A DNA stretch of 64,000 nt from an uncultured Treponema sp. (lineage in GTDB: Bacteria > Spirochaetota > Spirochaetia > Treponematales > Treponemataceae). Location of the stretch: contig CALAEZ010000009.1 in the NCBI GenBank assembly GCA_937891125.1, positions 42,607 to 106,606 on the forward strand. The letters run 5' to 3'. Both the position numbers and the translations under genes were made by a program. This document shows positions 38,304 through 46,594 of this stretch, one piece after another. Numbering within the stretch: position 1 is the stretch's first letter; the number at the start of each line of letters is the position of its first letter. The notes under the pieces are model-generated. The model did no database searches. It was not told where the DNA came from and was given only the letters and a program-made list of their open reading frames with translations.

Positions 38304-38521
38304 ACTCCCTCCAATTCCTCATGCAGCCGCGCGGCAAGGGCTTTTGCACGCTCAACGAGAACGTCATCTGGCTCGACGTATGGATACCTGTCGAGAACAT
38401 CCAATACGCCGACTAGATACCACTCTCCATTGCTGTGCTGGTTCCACACCGTGTAGTCCAGTCTTTCACGGCAGAACTTCAACGCGCCGACTTGCCTAGA
38501 CCCATTATGAGATTTAGCCAT
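38300..38521 (-). CDS. hypothetical protein
   Basis: 73 aa, AGGAGG RBS. Confidence 0.6.
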   Translation of the reverse strand: MAKSHNGSRQVGALKFCRERLDYTVWNQHSNGEWYLVGVLDVLDRYPYVEPDDVLVERAKALAARLHEELEGV

Positions 38522-38613
38522 GTTTCCTCCTGTAATCCGCAGCGCATAATATTGCCGCGCCCAGCGCGCAATGTTATGCGGATCATTAAATAAAAAGCCG
38601 CGCTGTGCGCGGC

Positions 38614-38811
38614 TTAGTCGTAGATGTATTCGACCGATTCTACGTTGGCCTCATCGTATACGGCCACGGCGTACGGCCTTCTGGTCCTTGGCTGGTCTTT
38701 CAAGGCTCCAAACATCTCGTACGCCTTGTCCAGAGCCTTTTCCCTGGACTCCGCCTCTATGTCTCCTAAAGGCACCTCATCCGTGAAAATATATACTGCA
38801 CGGTACTTCAT
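38614..38811 (-). CDS. small protein, EA.S.E.A family
   Basis: LGDIEAESREKALDKAYE; GAGG RBS; terminator directly downstream. Confidence 0.6.
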   Translation of the reverse strand: MKYRAVYIFTDEVPLGDIEAESREKALDKAYEMFGALKDQPRTRRPYAVAVYDEANVESVEYIYD

Positions 38812-38865
38812 TAGAACACCTCGATGCTTCTTGTAACGCCCATATGCTTTGGGCTGCCCAAAAGG

Positions 38866-39153
38866 TCATAGTCCTCCAAGCCAGATACGCGCTACGCCTT
38901 CCTCGTCCTTGCCATTGAGATCATGGATTATATCGTCAAGAACTACCCACGCTTCGTCCGTCTTTATGAACCCAACGCCGTCCCAGCGCAGAACGCGCCT
39001 CCCGTCGCTGAACTCATGCCCAGCCCTGATGCCGGACTCCACAAGGCGCTTTAACTCGTCTCGCAGATAATCGTCGGCAGCGCCGATCTCACGCTGCAGG
39101 CTTTCGTAGCTTTCCTTCGTCATCTCCACAGCGTAATCAATGTAATAGATCAT
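38866..39153 (-). CDS. hypothetical protein
   Basis: 95 aa, GGAGG RBS. Confidence 0.65.
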   Translation of the reverse strand: MIYYIDYAVEMTKESYESLQREIGAADDYLRDELKRLVESGIRAGHEFSDGRRVLRWDGVGFIKTDEAWVVLDDIIHDLNGKDEEGVARIWLGGL

Positions 39154-39170
39154 AACCAGCCTCCAAATAG

Positions 39171-39209
39171 AAAAGCCCGGCGATGAACATGCATCGCCGG
39201 GCGGTTTTT
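39171..39209. terminator. intrinsic terminator hairpin
   Basis: GCCCGGCGATG...CATCGCCGGGC with A-run left and T-run right. Confidence 0.75.
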
Positions 39210-39305
39210 ATGCTTGAAAACAGATCAGCGCCGTGCTACGTACTGTGCGCCTCCTTTGCGGTTAGTGCAAAGACGGTGAGCATAACGCTGAGCGAGGTGC
39301 AGGAC

Positions 39306-39395
39306 ATGAAAAAGTTCGTGAAACCTGCAATTGTACATGTGCTTGCCAGGATCTTATACGACCTGCTCAAGCATGCGTATGATTTGTGCTTCTAA
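39306..39395 (+). CDS. 29-aa peptide, candidate type I toxin
   Basis: MKKFVKPAIVHVLARILYDLLKHAYDLCF; GAGGTG RBS; structured flanks and a convergent promoter. Confidence 0.5.
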   Translation: MKKFVKPAIVHVLARILYDLLKHAYDLCF

Positions 39396-39546
39396 TCAAA
39401 GCACGTAACAGCATTGGTTAAGGTTAGCCCCCGCAAGGTGGCAGCCTTGCAGGGGCCAATTCCGAAGGGCTTTAAAACCCGCGAAGGAGGAGTTCATAAA
39501 ACCTGCTCATCGCCGGGGGGCACGGATGTTACAGCATCCGCGCCTC

Positions 39547-39576
39547 TTTATAGACGCATATAAAATGTTGTGTCAA
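39547..39576 (-). promoter_or_regulatory. sigma70-type promoter antisense to the peptide ORF
   Basis: TTGACA-18 bp-TATAAA on (-). Confidence 0.6.
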
Positions 39577-39584
39577 GCGTGCGC

Positions 39585-39782
39585 CTACACCAAGTCCTTG
39601 TACTCGTAGTCCCCGCAGGGAGTGTTCACGCCAACTGTCGTGACAAAATCCGCTCCGTCAGGAAGCGCCGTTGCCTTGAGGAGCTCATGCGCCTTCTCAA
39701 TGGCCTCCTTAACGTTTTCCGCCTCGACATATCCCAAGTCCAATGTTACCACATACGTGGCCAAAGCCGGGTATCTACGCAT
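39585..39782 (-). CDS. small protein, EA...EA family
   Basis: LGYVEAENVKEAIEKAHE; GAGGAGG RBS. Confidence 0.6.
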   Translation of the reverse strand: MRRYPALATYVVTLDLGYVEAENVKEAIEKAHELLKATALPDGADFVTTVGVNTPCGDYEYKDLV

Positions 39783-40050
39783 GCCACGCCTCCTCGCCAG
39801 ATGCCTTGTCCATGTCGCAGCGCCGTATGCGGAAAGAATGCGTGTAATCTTCTGACCACGGGCTGTTCCAGACATGCACTTCGACGTCGCTGTGCTCTTC
39901 GTTGGGGTCAGTCCCGACGTGCGCTATTTCAAACTCATCCTGGCTGCCCTCAGGCATAAAGCTGACGTGAACATCATGCGCCCGCGCACGGTTTACGATG
40001 TGTACAAATATTTTGCCCGCAGGCGTGTCCAGCTTAGTGTTCTGCAGCAT
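39775..40050 (-). CDS. hypothetical protein
   Basis: 91 aa, AGGAGG RBS, promoter motif at 40096. Confidence 0.65.
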   Translation of the reverse strand: MLQNTKLDTPAGKIFVHIVNRARAHDVHVSFMPEGSQDEFEIAHVGTDPNEEHSDVEVHVWNSPWSEDYTHSFRIRRCDMDKASGEEAWHA

Positions 40051-40209
40051 ATGCAGCCTCCTGCAAAAGTTTCGGTTAACGCAATATTGCGTTGTCTTAT
40101 AACACTGTGCAGGAGATTGTTTGATTTATTTGCAGGGGCTAAAAAAGAGGCGGGGCAGATTAAATGCCTTAACCCCTCTGCCCGCAGGATAGGCAGAGGG
40201 GTTGATATT

Positions 40210-40896
40210 TTATGAGGCACGGCGGTGCATAGCACCGCGCTTGGGCAGAAGCTCTGCCCAGTCAAAATCATCTGGGCAGTCCTCCCACGTATCCCGTTGG
40301 TCGGGATACGTTGGGAAACAATGCCAGATTACTGGCATGTCCGCCGGACGCCCAGAGAAGGGCACGTAGAGACGGTACCAGCCCGCCTCCTCCGCATCTT
40401 CCATTGCCCTACGCAAGTAGGGCAGGTTGTTGACGCCGTAATCGGCGTCAAATTCCCCGTAGGGAATCTCGCGGCCGTAGTATTCGGCCGCGTCGTCGTA
40501 TACGGCGCGCACGGTATCTGGAACCCCGCGCAGCCACCCGCGCAGGGTACTGAAGTCCTGCCAGGACGTTCCCAGGAGGACGGCCCATCGGTTATCTTCA
40601 CCGTCAACGATGGCGGCAAAGAGATCGTCCAGCCTGGACACGCGGTCCTCTGCCTCGATGTCGGCAGAGATTGACGCCGCAAGCGCGGCGTATGCGTCAC
40701 GCCGCGCACGCGCCGCAGCCTCGAACTGCGCAAATCGGTTCGAGGCTGCGGTCCAGTCGTGCAGGTAGGCATGCCAGGCCGCCCACGCGGCCTGGTCCGC
40801 AATTTCGGCCAGGCGGTTAAGCCTGGCTACGCGGGCTTGCCGCGTCATGGCGACGACGACGGTGGTGGTGGTGGGGTTGGTGTTGATGGTAGTCAT
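40210..40896 (-). CDS. hypothetical protein
   Basis: 228 aa, GC-rich, AAGGAG RBS, promoter motif at 41003. Confidence 0.7.
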   Translation of the reverse strand: MTTINTNPTTTTVVVAMTRQARVARLNRLAEIADQAAWAAWHAYLHDWTAASNRFAQFEAAARARRDAYAALAASISADIEAEDRVSRLDDLFAAIVDGEDNRWAVLLGTSWQDFSTLRGWLRGVPDTVRAVYDDAAEYYGREIPYGEFDADYGVNNLPYLRRAMEDAEEAGWYRLYVPFSGRPADMPVIWHCFPTYPDQRDTWEDCPDDFDWAELLPKRGAMHRRAS

Positions 40897-41078
40897 GTGA
40901 GACTCCTTTTTAAAAAGGTTAAGCGCGGGCTCTTACGCCATTGGCGTTGGAGGGTTACCGCGCAATCGGGGCCACGGCACAGGTACAATCCTGCACCATA
41001 TTCTTATACCAAAACGGACAGGGCAGTTTTTACAAAGCTAAAAAAAGGCGCGCAGCAGTTACGCCGCGCGCCCTTTAT

Positions 41079-42026
41079 TTACGCCAGTCCAATCCAATCC
41101 AGCGCCGCCCTCCTGGCATCCTCTGCCGTGGCGGCATGGACGCCGCCGATAAACCCGGCTGGATGGACGAACTCTACCGCACAACCTCCGAGGGTCAGGC
41201 CGGCGTCAGCCCGCTTGCCGCGCATGGCGGCCGGAGCTCCGCAACGCATGGCGAACGGGTCGGTCTTACTGCCTGGCGCCGACTGTATGCGCCACAATCC
41301 TGGCGCGGCTGCGTCTGGGTACACCACCACCTTGATATAGTCTGTGGCGTCCCAATTATCAATAATCACCGACTGCCACGCGCCGCCCCTATCCAGCACA
41401 AGAACAGGGTCGCACCACTGCGCGTCTATCGCGGCCTTAATGCGAGAATATTCGTGCTGGCGGTACAACTCTGCCCACAGGACGCGCTTGAACACATCCC
41501 TGAAGAATGCCACAGCCTTGTGGAACAACTCATCCTGATCCGCCATCGGGAACGATACCGGATTATACGCCGCCACCGCCTGGCTGACAGTGTAGCTTGG
41601 CACGGCAGACGGAGGCAGCTCGCCATTGTCTGCGGCGTCTATGCCCCAGAACAGAGAACGATCGACGTTCTCCCATGCCTGTTCCAAGCGTTCGCCTGGA
41701 CAGTTGTACGACGAAAGCACAGTCTTGCCGAACTCGCGCCATGCCCATCCGGCGCTTGCGAGGCGCGGCTTCCCTTCTCCGCGCTGCCATGCGGGATCAT
41801 CCTTCATCGCCGTGTGGTGATCAGCGACAATGACGCCATCGGCAACGGGTGTGCGCGGCGTCACGTCAATGACGAGATCACCGGCTTCCGCGCCGCCAAA
41901 GTCGCGGCGCGTGCGGCGGACATTATTAGGCGAGGCAAGGAACCCCGCTTCAACAGCGACGGCAACCGCCGCCACCTCGTCACAATGGAAAATGCCGTCA
42001 TGGGTGAAAATAAATCTGCCGGTCAT
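41079..42026 (-). CDS. MYG1-family (DHH-like) exonuclease
   Basis: THDGIFHCDE, DHH, LASAG, IDAADNG, FVHPAGFIG. Confidence 0.85.
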   Translation of the reverse strand: MTGRFIFTHDGIFHCDEVAAVAVAVEAGFLASPNNVRRTRRDFGGAEAGDLVIDVTPRTPVADGVIVADHHTAMKDDPAWQRGEGKPRLASAGWAWREFGKTVLSSYNCPGERLEQAWENVDRSLFWGIDAADNGELPPSAVPSYTVSQAVAAYNPVSFPMADQDELFHKAVAFFRDVFKRVLWAELYRQHEYSRIKAAIDAQWCDPVLVLDRGGAWQSVIIDNWDATDYIKVVVYPDAAAPGLWRIQSAPGSKTDPFAMRCGAPAAMRGKRADAGLTLGGCAVEFVHPAGFIGGVHAATAEDARRAALDWIGLA

Positions 42027-42036
42027 AATATACTCC

Positions 42037-42240
42037 TTACATGTTTTTATGCATGAGCCTAAATCTCTTTTTGCCAGCCGGCTTTTCGTATTTTGCCCGT
42101 GCGTTGACAGCCCACATTTCAACGCTGCGGTCAAAATATTTGCCGGCGATATACCGCTTCACCTCTTGCAGCGTGTAGCCAAGCGACAAGAGGTTAATGC
42201 GTTCCCTGCCGTCCAGACGCAGCTGATAGTCAGCTTCCAT
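42037..42240 (-). CDS. hypothetical protein
   Basis: 67 aa filling the gap between (-) genes. Confidence 0.5.
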   Translation of the reverse strand: MEADYQLRLDGRERINLLSLGYTLQEVKRYIAGKYFDRSVEMWAVNARAKYEKPAGKKRFRLMHKNM

Positions 42241-42478
42241 AGCTGTAATCCTTTATGCGCAAGCGGCCCTTGCGCAGCGGCAGCTTTTTATCCGTTATGA
42301 ACGTGCCAAAATAGTTAACTACAACACGCTCCTCTACCGTGCGCGGTATGCCCATGTCGTCGCCGTGCCGCAGGGCGTAGGCATGCTTGCCTTCGGGCAC
42401 GCAGTCCTCGGTAACGCGCGTGTCAACGAGCTCGCCGCAATACTCCCTGCCGCCGTATGTTTCAATGCTAAACTTCAT
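42230..42478 (-). CDS. LPD28-like small protein
   Basis: VPEGKHAYALRHGDDMGIPRTVEERVVVNYFGTFIT matches the large polyvalent protein-associated domain 28 pattern. Confidence 0.65.
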   Translation of the reverse strand: MKFSIETYGGREYCGELVDTRVTEDCVPEGKHAYALRHGDDMGIPRTVEERVVVNYFGTFITDKKLPLRKGRLRIKDYSYGS

Positions 42479-43148
42479 TTCCTTCTCCTTTGCTATGCAG
42501 GTTGCTTAAAACTTCCGGCGCCAGCTGCTTTGCAACGTCGCCGGCGTCAAGGCCTTCCAACTCAGGAAGGCTCCACGACTTTTCCGTGCGGTAGGGCAGG
42601 GGATTAGGCTCAACGTCAGGCATGCCCGCGCTGACCAGGCTGTCGCGGCCATAGTTGAAGTCCACGTTCAGCATGGTTAGGAAGTGCACCCTGCCATGGC
42701 TTTGCCAGCAGCGCACCTTGATGAACCAGCAGGTGTCGTCGTTTTCAAACAGGTCCTCAAGGTACTCATAAAATTTGTTGCGCTGCTCCTCATTGCCCTC
42801 GGCGTAAATGTCAAAGCCTTCTGGCAGTTTTGCATCCCTGCAAAATTGCCTGAGGAACTCCTGCTCCTCCCTGATGACATACTCGTCAATGATGCCTGGC
42901 AGCGATGGCTCTCCGTGGCACGCCGTCAGCAAGACGGGCAGGACGGCCTCGACGCCGCCGTCTGTCAATGGCATGTACCCGCTGCTCGGCATGCCGGACA
43001 CAATTTCCAGCTGCGCTTCACAGCCATCCAAGACGCCAAAGTCGTCTATGACTGCCTCAGCCACAATCTGCACAAGTTCCTTCATAAAGTCGCGCACGCC
43101 GTCGTCAATGTACGGGCAGCAGCGTGCAAAGTCTTTGTCAAAGCTCAT
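42468..43148 (-). CDS. acidic hypothetical protein
   Basis: 226 aa, AAGGAGG RBS, promoter motif at 43178. Confidence 0.7.
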   Translation of the reverse strand: MSFDKDFARCCPYIDDGVRDFMKELVQIVAEAVIDDFGVLDGCEAQLEIVSGMPSSGYMPLTDGGVEAVLPVLLTACHGEPSLPGIIDEYVIREEQEFLRQFCRDAKLPEGFDIYAEGNEEQRNKFYEYLEDLFENDDTCWFIKVRCWQSHGRVHFLTMLNVDFNYGRDSLVSAGMPDVEPNPLPYRTEKSWSLPELEGLDAGDVAKQLAPEVLSNLHSKGEGNEV

Positions 43149-43262
43149 ACGATGCCTCCTTGCAATAAATGCAGGGTCTTATAACAGCGTTTGAAGGATG
43201 GTTAGAATTGCTGGTAGCTAAAAAGAAACCCGCCCGAACTTTGTGTTCAGGGCGGGGTTAGA

Positions 43263-43481
43263 TCATTTGAGCGTGGGCATTCTCGCTATCTCCGCGAGAA
43301 TGCATTCCTTTGGCCACATGCGCCAAAGGAACATGTCAAACCCCTGACTTGCACCGAGGGTGCGATCAACAAGCCATTGACGCCCTTTGGCGGCAGCAAC
43401 GACCATTAACCCCAAGAAACATATCGCGGATACCGTAAAGTATCCGCAAATAACCAAAAGTATTATTGTAAGTATTTCCAT
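43263..43481 (-). CDS. small membrane protein
   Basis: 72 aa with hydrophobic N-terminus; AAGGAG RBS. Confidence 0.6.
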   Translation of the reverse strand: MEILTIILLVICGYFTVSAICFLGLMVVAAAKGRQWLVDRTLGASQGFDMFLWRMWPKECILAEIARMPTLK

Positions 43482-43579
43482 TGCCTTTCTCCTTTGCCGA
43501 CGAAACGCCGGCGAATTTTGTTAAACAGAAAAGGCGCCTCGGAAACGAGACGCCTTTTACCTTTTGCATGCAAATAATT

Positions 43580-43669
43580 TTAGGGCTTTATAAAGCCTTT
43601 ATGTATGCCAGTAAGCACAACTATTCCCATGACTCCAACAACGATGAACGTAACCATCCCAGCTGACAT
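43580..43669 (-). CDS. 29-aa membrane peptide
   Basis: MSAGMVTFIVVGVMGIVVLTGIHKGFIKP; GGGAG RBS; translated by hand. Confidence 0.5.
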   Translation of the reverse strand: MSAGMVTFIVVGVMGIVVLTGIHKGFIKP

Positions 43670-43670
43670 T

Positions 43671-43820
43671 TTATTTCTCCCTTTCGTTAACCTTGTACCC
43701 AAAAAATATGGCAAGGCATCCGGTTACCAATGCCATAATATCGTGATCAACGCTAAGGACATACCCAGCAAAACACGCTGCTCCTATCATGGCAAATACG
43801 TTTTCCCAATAACTCATCAT
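43671..43820 (-). CDS. 49-aa membrane peptide
   Basis: MMSYWENVFAMIGAACFAGYVLSVDHDIMALVTGCLAIFFGYKVNEREK; GGAGG RBS; promoter motif at 43890. Confidence 0.55.
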   Translation of the reverse strand: MMSYWENVFAMIGAACFAGYVLSVDHDIMALVTGCLAIFFGYKVNEREK

Positions 43821-43955
43821 TACCTCCGGTAAAATACCGCAGAAGACTGCGGTGTCAAGGAGGGCATCCTAACCCTTCCCTTACATATTCTTATACCAAA
43901 GCACATGCTCCGAATCCGAATGAACAACCATGCCATCCTTGGCAATCTTCAAGGC

Positions 43956-45545
43956 ATGAAACAGGTACGCACAAACTTGAGGGTTTCGGACATAGCGCAA
44001 AGGGTATTAACCCTAATGGGGCAGCCTTACAGCCTAAAAGACTACCCGATGTTCGAAGACATATACAATTCAACTGCTACGCGCATCGTAATGAGGGCAG
44101 GGCGGCAGGTTTCAAAAACCGTTACCGAAGCCGGACGGCTTGTTATGGACACCACGCTCAAGCCGTACACGCCTGTCATTTACTGCAATGCTTCGGCAAA
44201 CCAGACTCACTCCTTTTCCACGTCCAAGCTGGGGCCGTTTCTGCTGCAAAGCCCGTACATCTACAATAACTTTGTAAAGGGCAAAGACGTTACCAATAAC
44301 GTCTACCACAAGATGCTGCGCAACTACTCAGAGATCATACTCAGCTACTTTTCGGAAAGCGCTGACCGCGTGCGCGGACGATCCGGCAATTCCATGTACC
44401 TTGACGAAGTGCAGGACATGCTGTGGGAGGCCATGATTGACGCGCAGGAATGCCTGTCCGCCGCGCCTGAGCCGCACTTTTTGTATGCGGGCACGTCCAA
44501 GAGCGAAATAACGCCGCTGGAGTATCTGTGGCGCCAAAGCAACCAGAAGGCATGGGTTATCAAGTGCGATGGGTGCGGATCCTGGAACATTCCCGACCGC
44601 AAATGCATCGGCAAGACAGGGCTTGTCTGCAAGAAGTGCGGGCACGCGCTCAATACGTACACCGGGCACTGGCACGCGCTCAACCCGCCAAAGGACGGCA
44701 AGGAGATTTACGCCGACGGCTACTGGATACCGCAGATCATCATGCCCATGCACTGCTGCCGCGAGAGCAAGTGGGCTGATTTGCTCACAAAGCTTGAAAC
44801 CTACCCGGACATCAAGTTTGACAACGAGGTGCTGGGCATACCGAACGGGGAAGGGGAGTCACCCATAACCGAAGAAATCCTGCAGAAGGCGTGCATAGAA
44901 ACCCTGCCATGCCTGCCGAAACTGACGGAACAGAACTACAGCGGGGCAAAGTTTACGGCTGCCGGCATAGACTGGGGCGGCGGCGGCGTGGCTGGTACGT
45001 CGCGCACGGTGCTGTCCATTTACGCCGTGTACCCCGAAGAAAACCAGTACGTAAAAATATTCGGCAAGATATATGACGACGGCGAGCCGTCGCGCCACAT
45101 ACAGGACATAGCCAGGCGCCTGTCCGCCTTTCACGTAAGCCTGTGCTGCGGCGACCACGGAGGCGGTAACTTTGCCATGAGCCAGCTCAAGGAACTGACG
45201 CCTCCATACACGCGCATTGTGCCCGTGATGTACTCGGCAGCGTCTGCACCCTGCACATGGGACGAACGCGCGCAGCGCTACGTTGTCAACCGCACGGTAA
45301 TGATCGACAACTTTTTCGGAGACATCCTGAGCGGCCATGTGCGATGCTTCCGATGGAGCGACTTCAGGCCTTTTGCCATGGACATACTCAACATACGCCA
45401 GGTGCTCATTGGCGAAGAGCATGGCAAGGGGCAGCGCGTATGGCGTCATAAGCCAGACGCTCCGGATGACTCCCTGCACAGCATGGTGTTTGGCTGGCTG
45501 GCATGCCGCGTTCTGTCGCTGCGCATGAACTTTACCATAAGCTAA
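43956..45545 (+). CDS. terL: terminase large subunit
   Basis: RAGRQVSKT Walker A, YLDEVQD Walker B, CxxC pairs, GIDWGG nuclease motif, PDDSLHS; start could be 43905, 43920 or 43956. Confidence 0.85.
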   Translation: MKQVRTNLRVSDIAQRVLTLMGQPYSLKDYPMFEDIYNSTATRIVMRAGRQVSKTVTEAGRLVMDTTLKPYTPVIYCNASANQTHSFSTSKLGPFLLQSPYIYNNFVKGKDVTNNVYHKMLRNYSEIILSYFSESADRVRGRSGNSMYLDEVQDMLWEAMIDAQECLSAAPEPHFLYAGTSKSEITPLEYLWRQSNQKAWVIKCDGCGSWNIPDRKCIGKTGLVCKKCGHALNTYTGHWHALNPPKDGKEIYADGYWIPQIIMPMHCCRESKWADLLTKLETYPDIKFDNEVLGIPNGEGESPITEEILQKACIETLPCLPKLTEQNYSGAKFTAAGIDWGGGGVAGTSRTVLSIYAVYPEENQYVKIFGKIYDDGEPSRHIQDIARRLSAFHVSLCCGDHGGGNFAMSQLKELTPPYTRIVPVMYSAASAPCTWDERAQRYVVNRTVMIDNFFGDILSGHVRCFRWSDFRPFAMDILNIRQVLIGEEHGKGQRVWRHKPDAPDDSLHSMVFGWLACRVLSLRMNFTIS

Positions 45546-45580
45546 AAATAAGGGCAGCGCGCTGTACGCTGCCCTTTATT
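45541..45580. terminator. bidirectional terminator
   Basis: AAGGGCAGCG...CGCTGCCCTT stem with flanking A/T runs. Confidence 0.75.
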
Positions 45581-46012
45581 CCAGTACTGCTTCCTTGTCT
45601 TCAGCACGCGGAGGATGTCGTCGCAGTCCTCGCGCGTAGCGGCAAGCCGAAGGCTTGCCTTGCAAATTTGCCGAGGTTTCCCCGGCATCCGCATTGCTGC
45701 GGTGCTACTGGAATATGGATCATATGCCTTTTTGCTTACCGGCAGCACCAGGATTTTGCCTGCCCGCGTACTGGGGGGCAGAAAATTCGCGAAGCGAATT
45801 CTGCCAAGCATAAATGTCCAGGTTTCCCGGACTATGCTTTTCAGCATACGCATATGATTTGTTGTGGTTCCGCATTTCTGATTCTTCGCTGCAGCCTTAA
45901 GGCCCGCGTACCCTTCTACGTTCTGCGTGCGCAAGCGCGCGCGAACGCCGAGAGCTGAGTTGCAAGGGTTTCCCTTGCGCTGCTCTTTCGAGCCGCCAAA
46001 TGCGGTTTTCAT
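45542..46012 (-). CDS. basic hypothetical protein
   Basis: 156 aa, ATGA-coupled to the upstream gene, but runs through the terminator. Confidence 0.4.
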   Translation of the reverse strand: MKTAFGGSKEQRKGNPCNSALGVRARLRTQNVEGYAGLKAAAKNQKCGTTTNHMRMLKSIVRETWTFMLGRIRFANFLPPSTRAGKILVLPVSKKAYDPYSSSTAAMRMPGKPRQICKASLRLAATREDCDDILRVLKTRKQYWNKGQRTARCPYF

Positions 46013-46230
46013 GCCTTTTCCAACGCCATGGAGATTATGTAGTCCCTGTTGACCAGGGCGGATCGTTGACCATCACGAACTACTTCCACAAGTTTTCCTG
46101 GCATGAACCTCACGGTCCCGTCTAGCCGGGAGCCGTTTGTGCAATAGACCTGTGCCCGACGGCCATCATACTCGCGGCTGAGCTGCTGAGCACCATCGTC
46201 GTCGTGCAGGACTGGTTTCGTTTCAGCCAT
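46009..46230 (-). CDS. Sm/Hfq-like small protein
   Basis: VYCTNGSRLDGTV...LVNRDYIISM parallels Hfq Sm1/Sm2; GAGGA RBS; promoter motif at 46276. Confidence 0.5.
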   Translation of the reverse strand: MAETKPVLHDDDGAQQLSREYDGRRAQVYCTNGSRLDGTVRFMPGKLVEVVRDGQRSALVNRDYIISMALEKA

Positions 46231-46392
46231 GTGCGATTTCCTCACAAACAGCCTGACGTTCCAGCATTGCACATGCTTATAGCAGCTTTTGCCCAGTTTT
46301 TTGAAAAACTGTGCAAGGCTGCCTTGCAGCAGCAGGATATTGTTAATGCCTGCAAAAAAGTTTAGGGGCCTCGCGGCCCCTTTGTGCACCTG

Positions 46393-46539
46393 TCAGTCTT
46401 GCTTCGGCGTGCCAAGCACGCCTACTTCCTTCAGGTATTCCACGGCTTGCGCCGCCTTTTCGGCGTCTTCTGCGAGCTTTTTGTGCAGGTAAATAGCGGC
46501 GCCGAGCTTTTCGAGAACAAACTGCGTGTTTTTATCCAT
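46393..46539 (-). CDS. 48-aa hypothetical protein
   Basis: MDKNTQFVLEKLGAAIYLHKKLAEDAEKAAQ...; GAGAGG RBS; translated by hand. Confidence 0.5.
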   Translation of the reverse strand: MDKNTQFVLEKLGAAIYLHKKLAEDAEKAAQAVEYLKEVGVLGTPKQD

Positions 46540-46594
46540 GGATGCAACCTCTCTTTGCTAAAGATTGGCGATTGCAGGCATAGGTTTATCTTGC

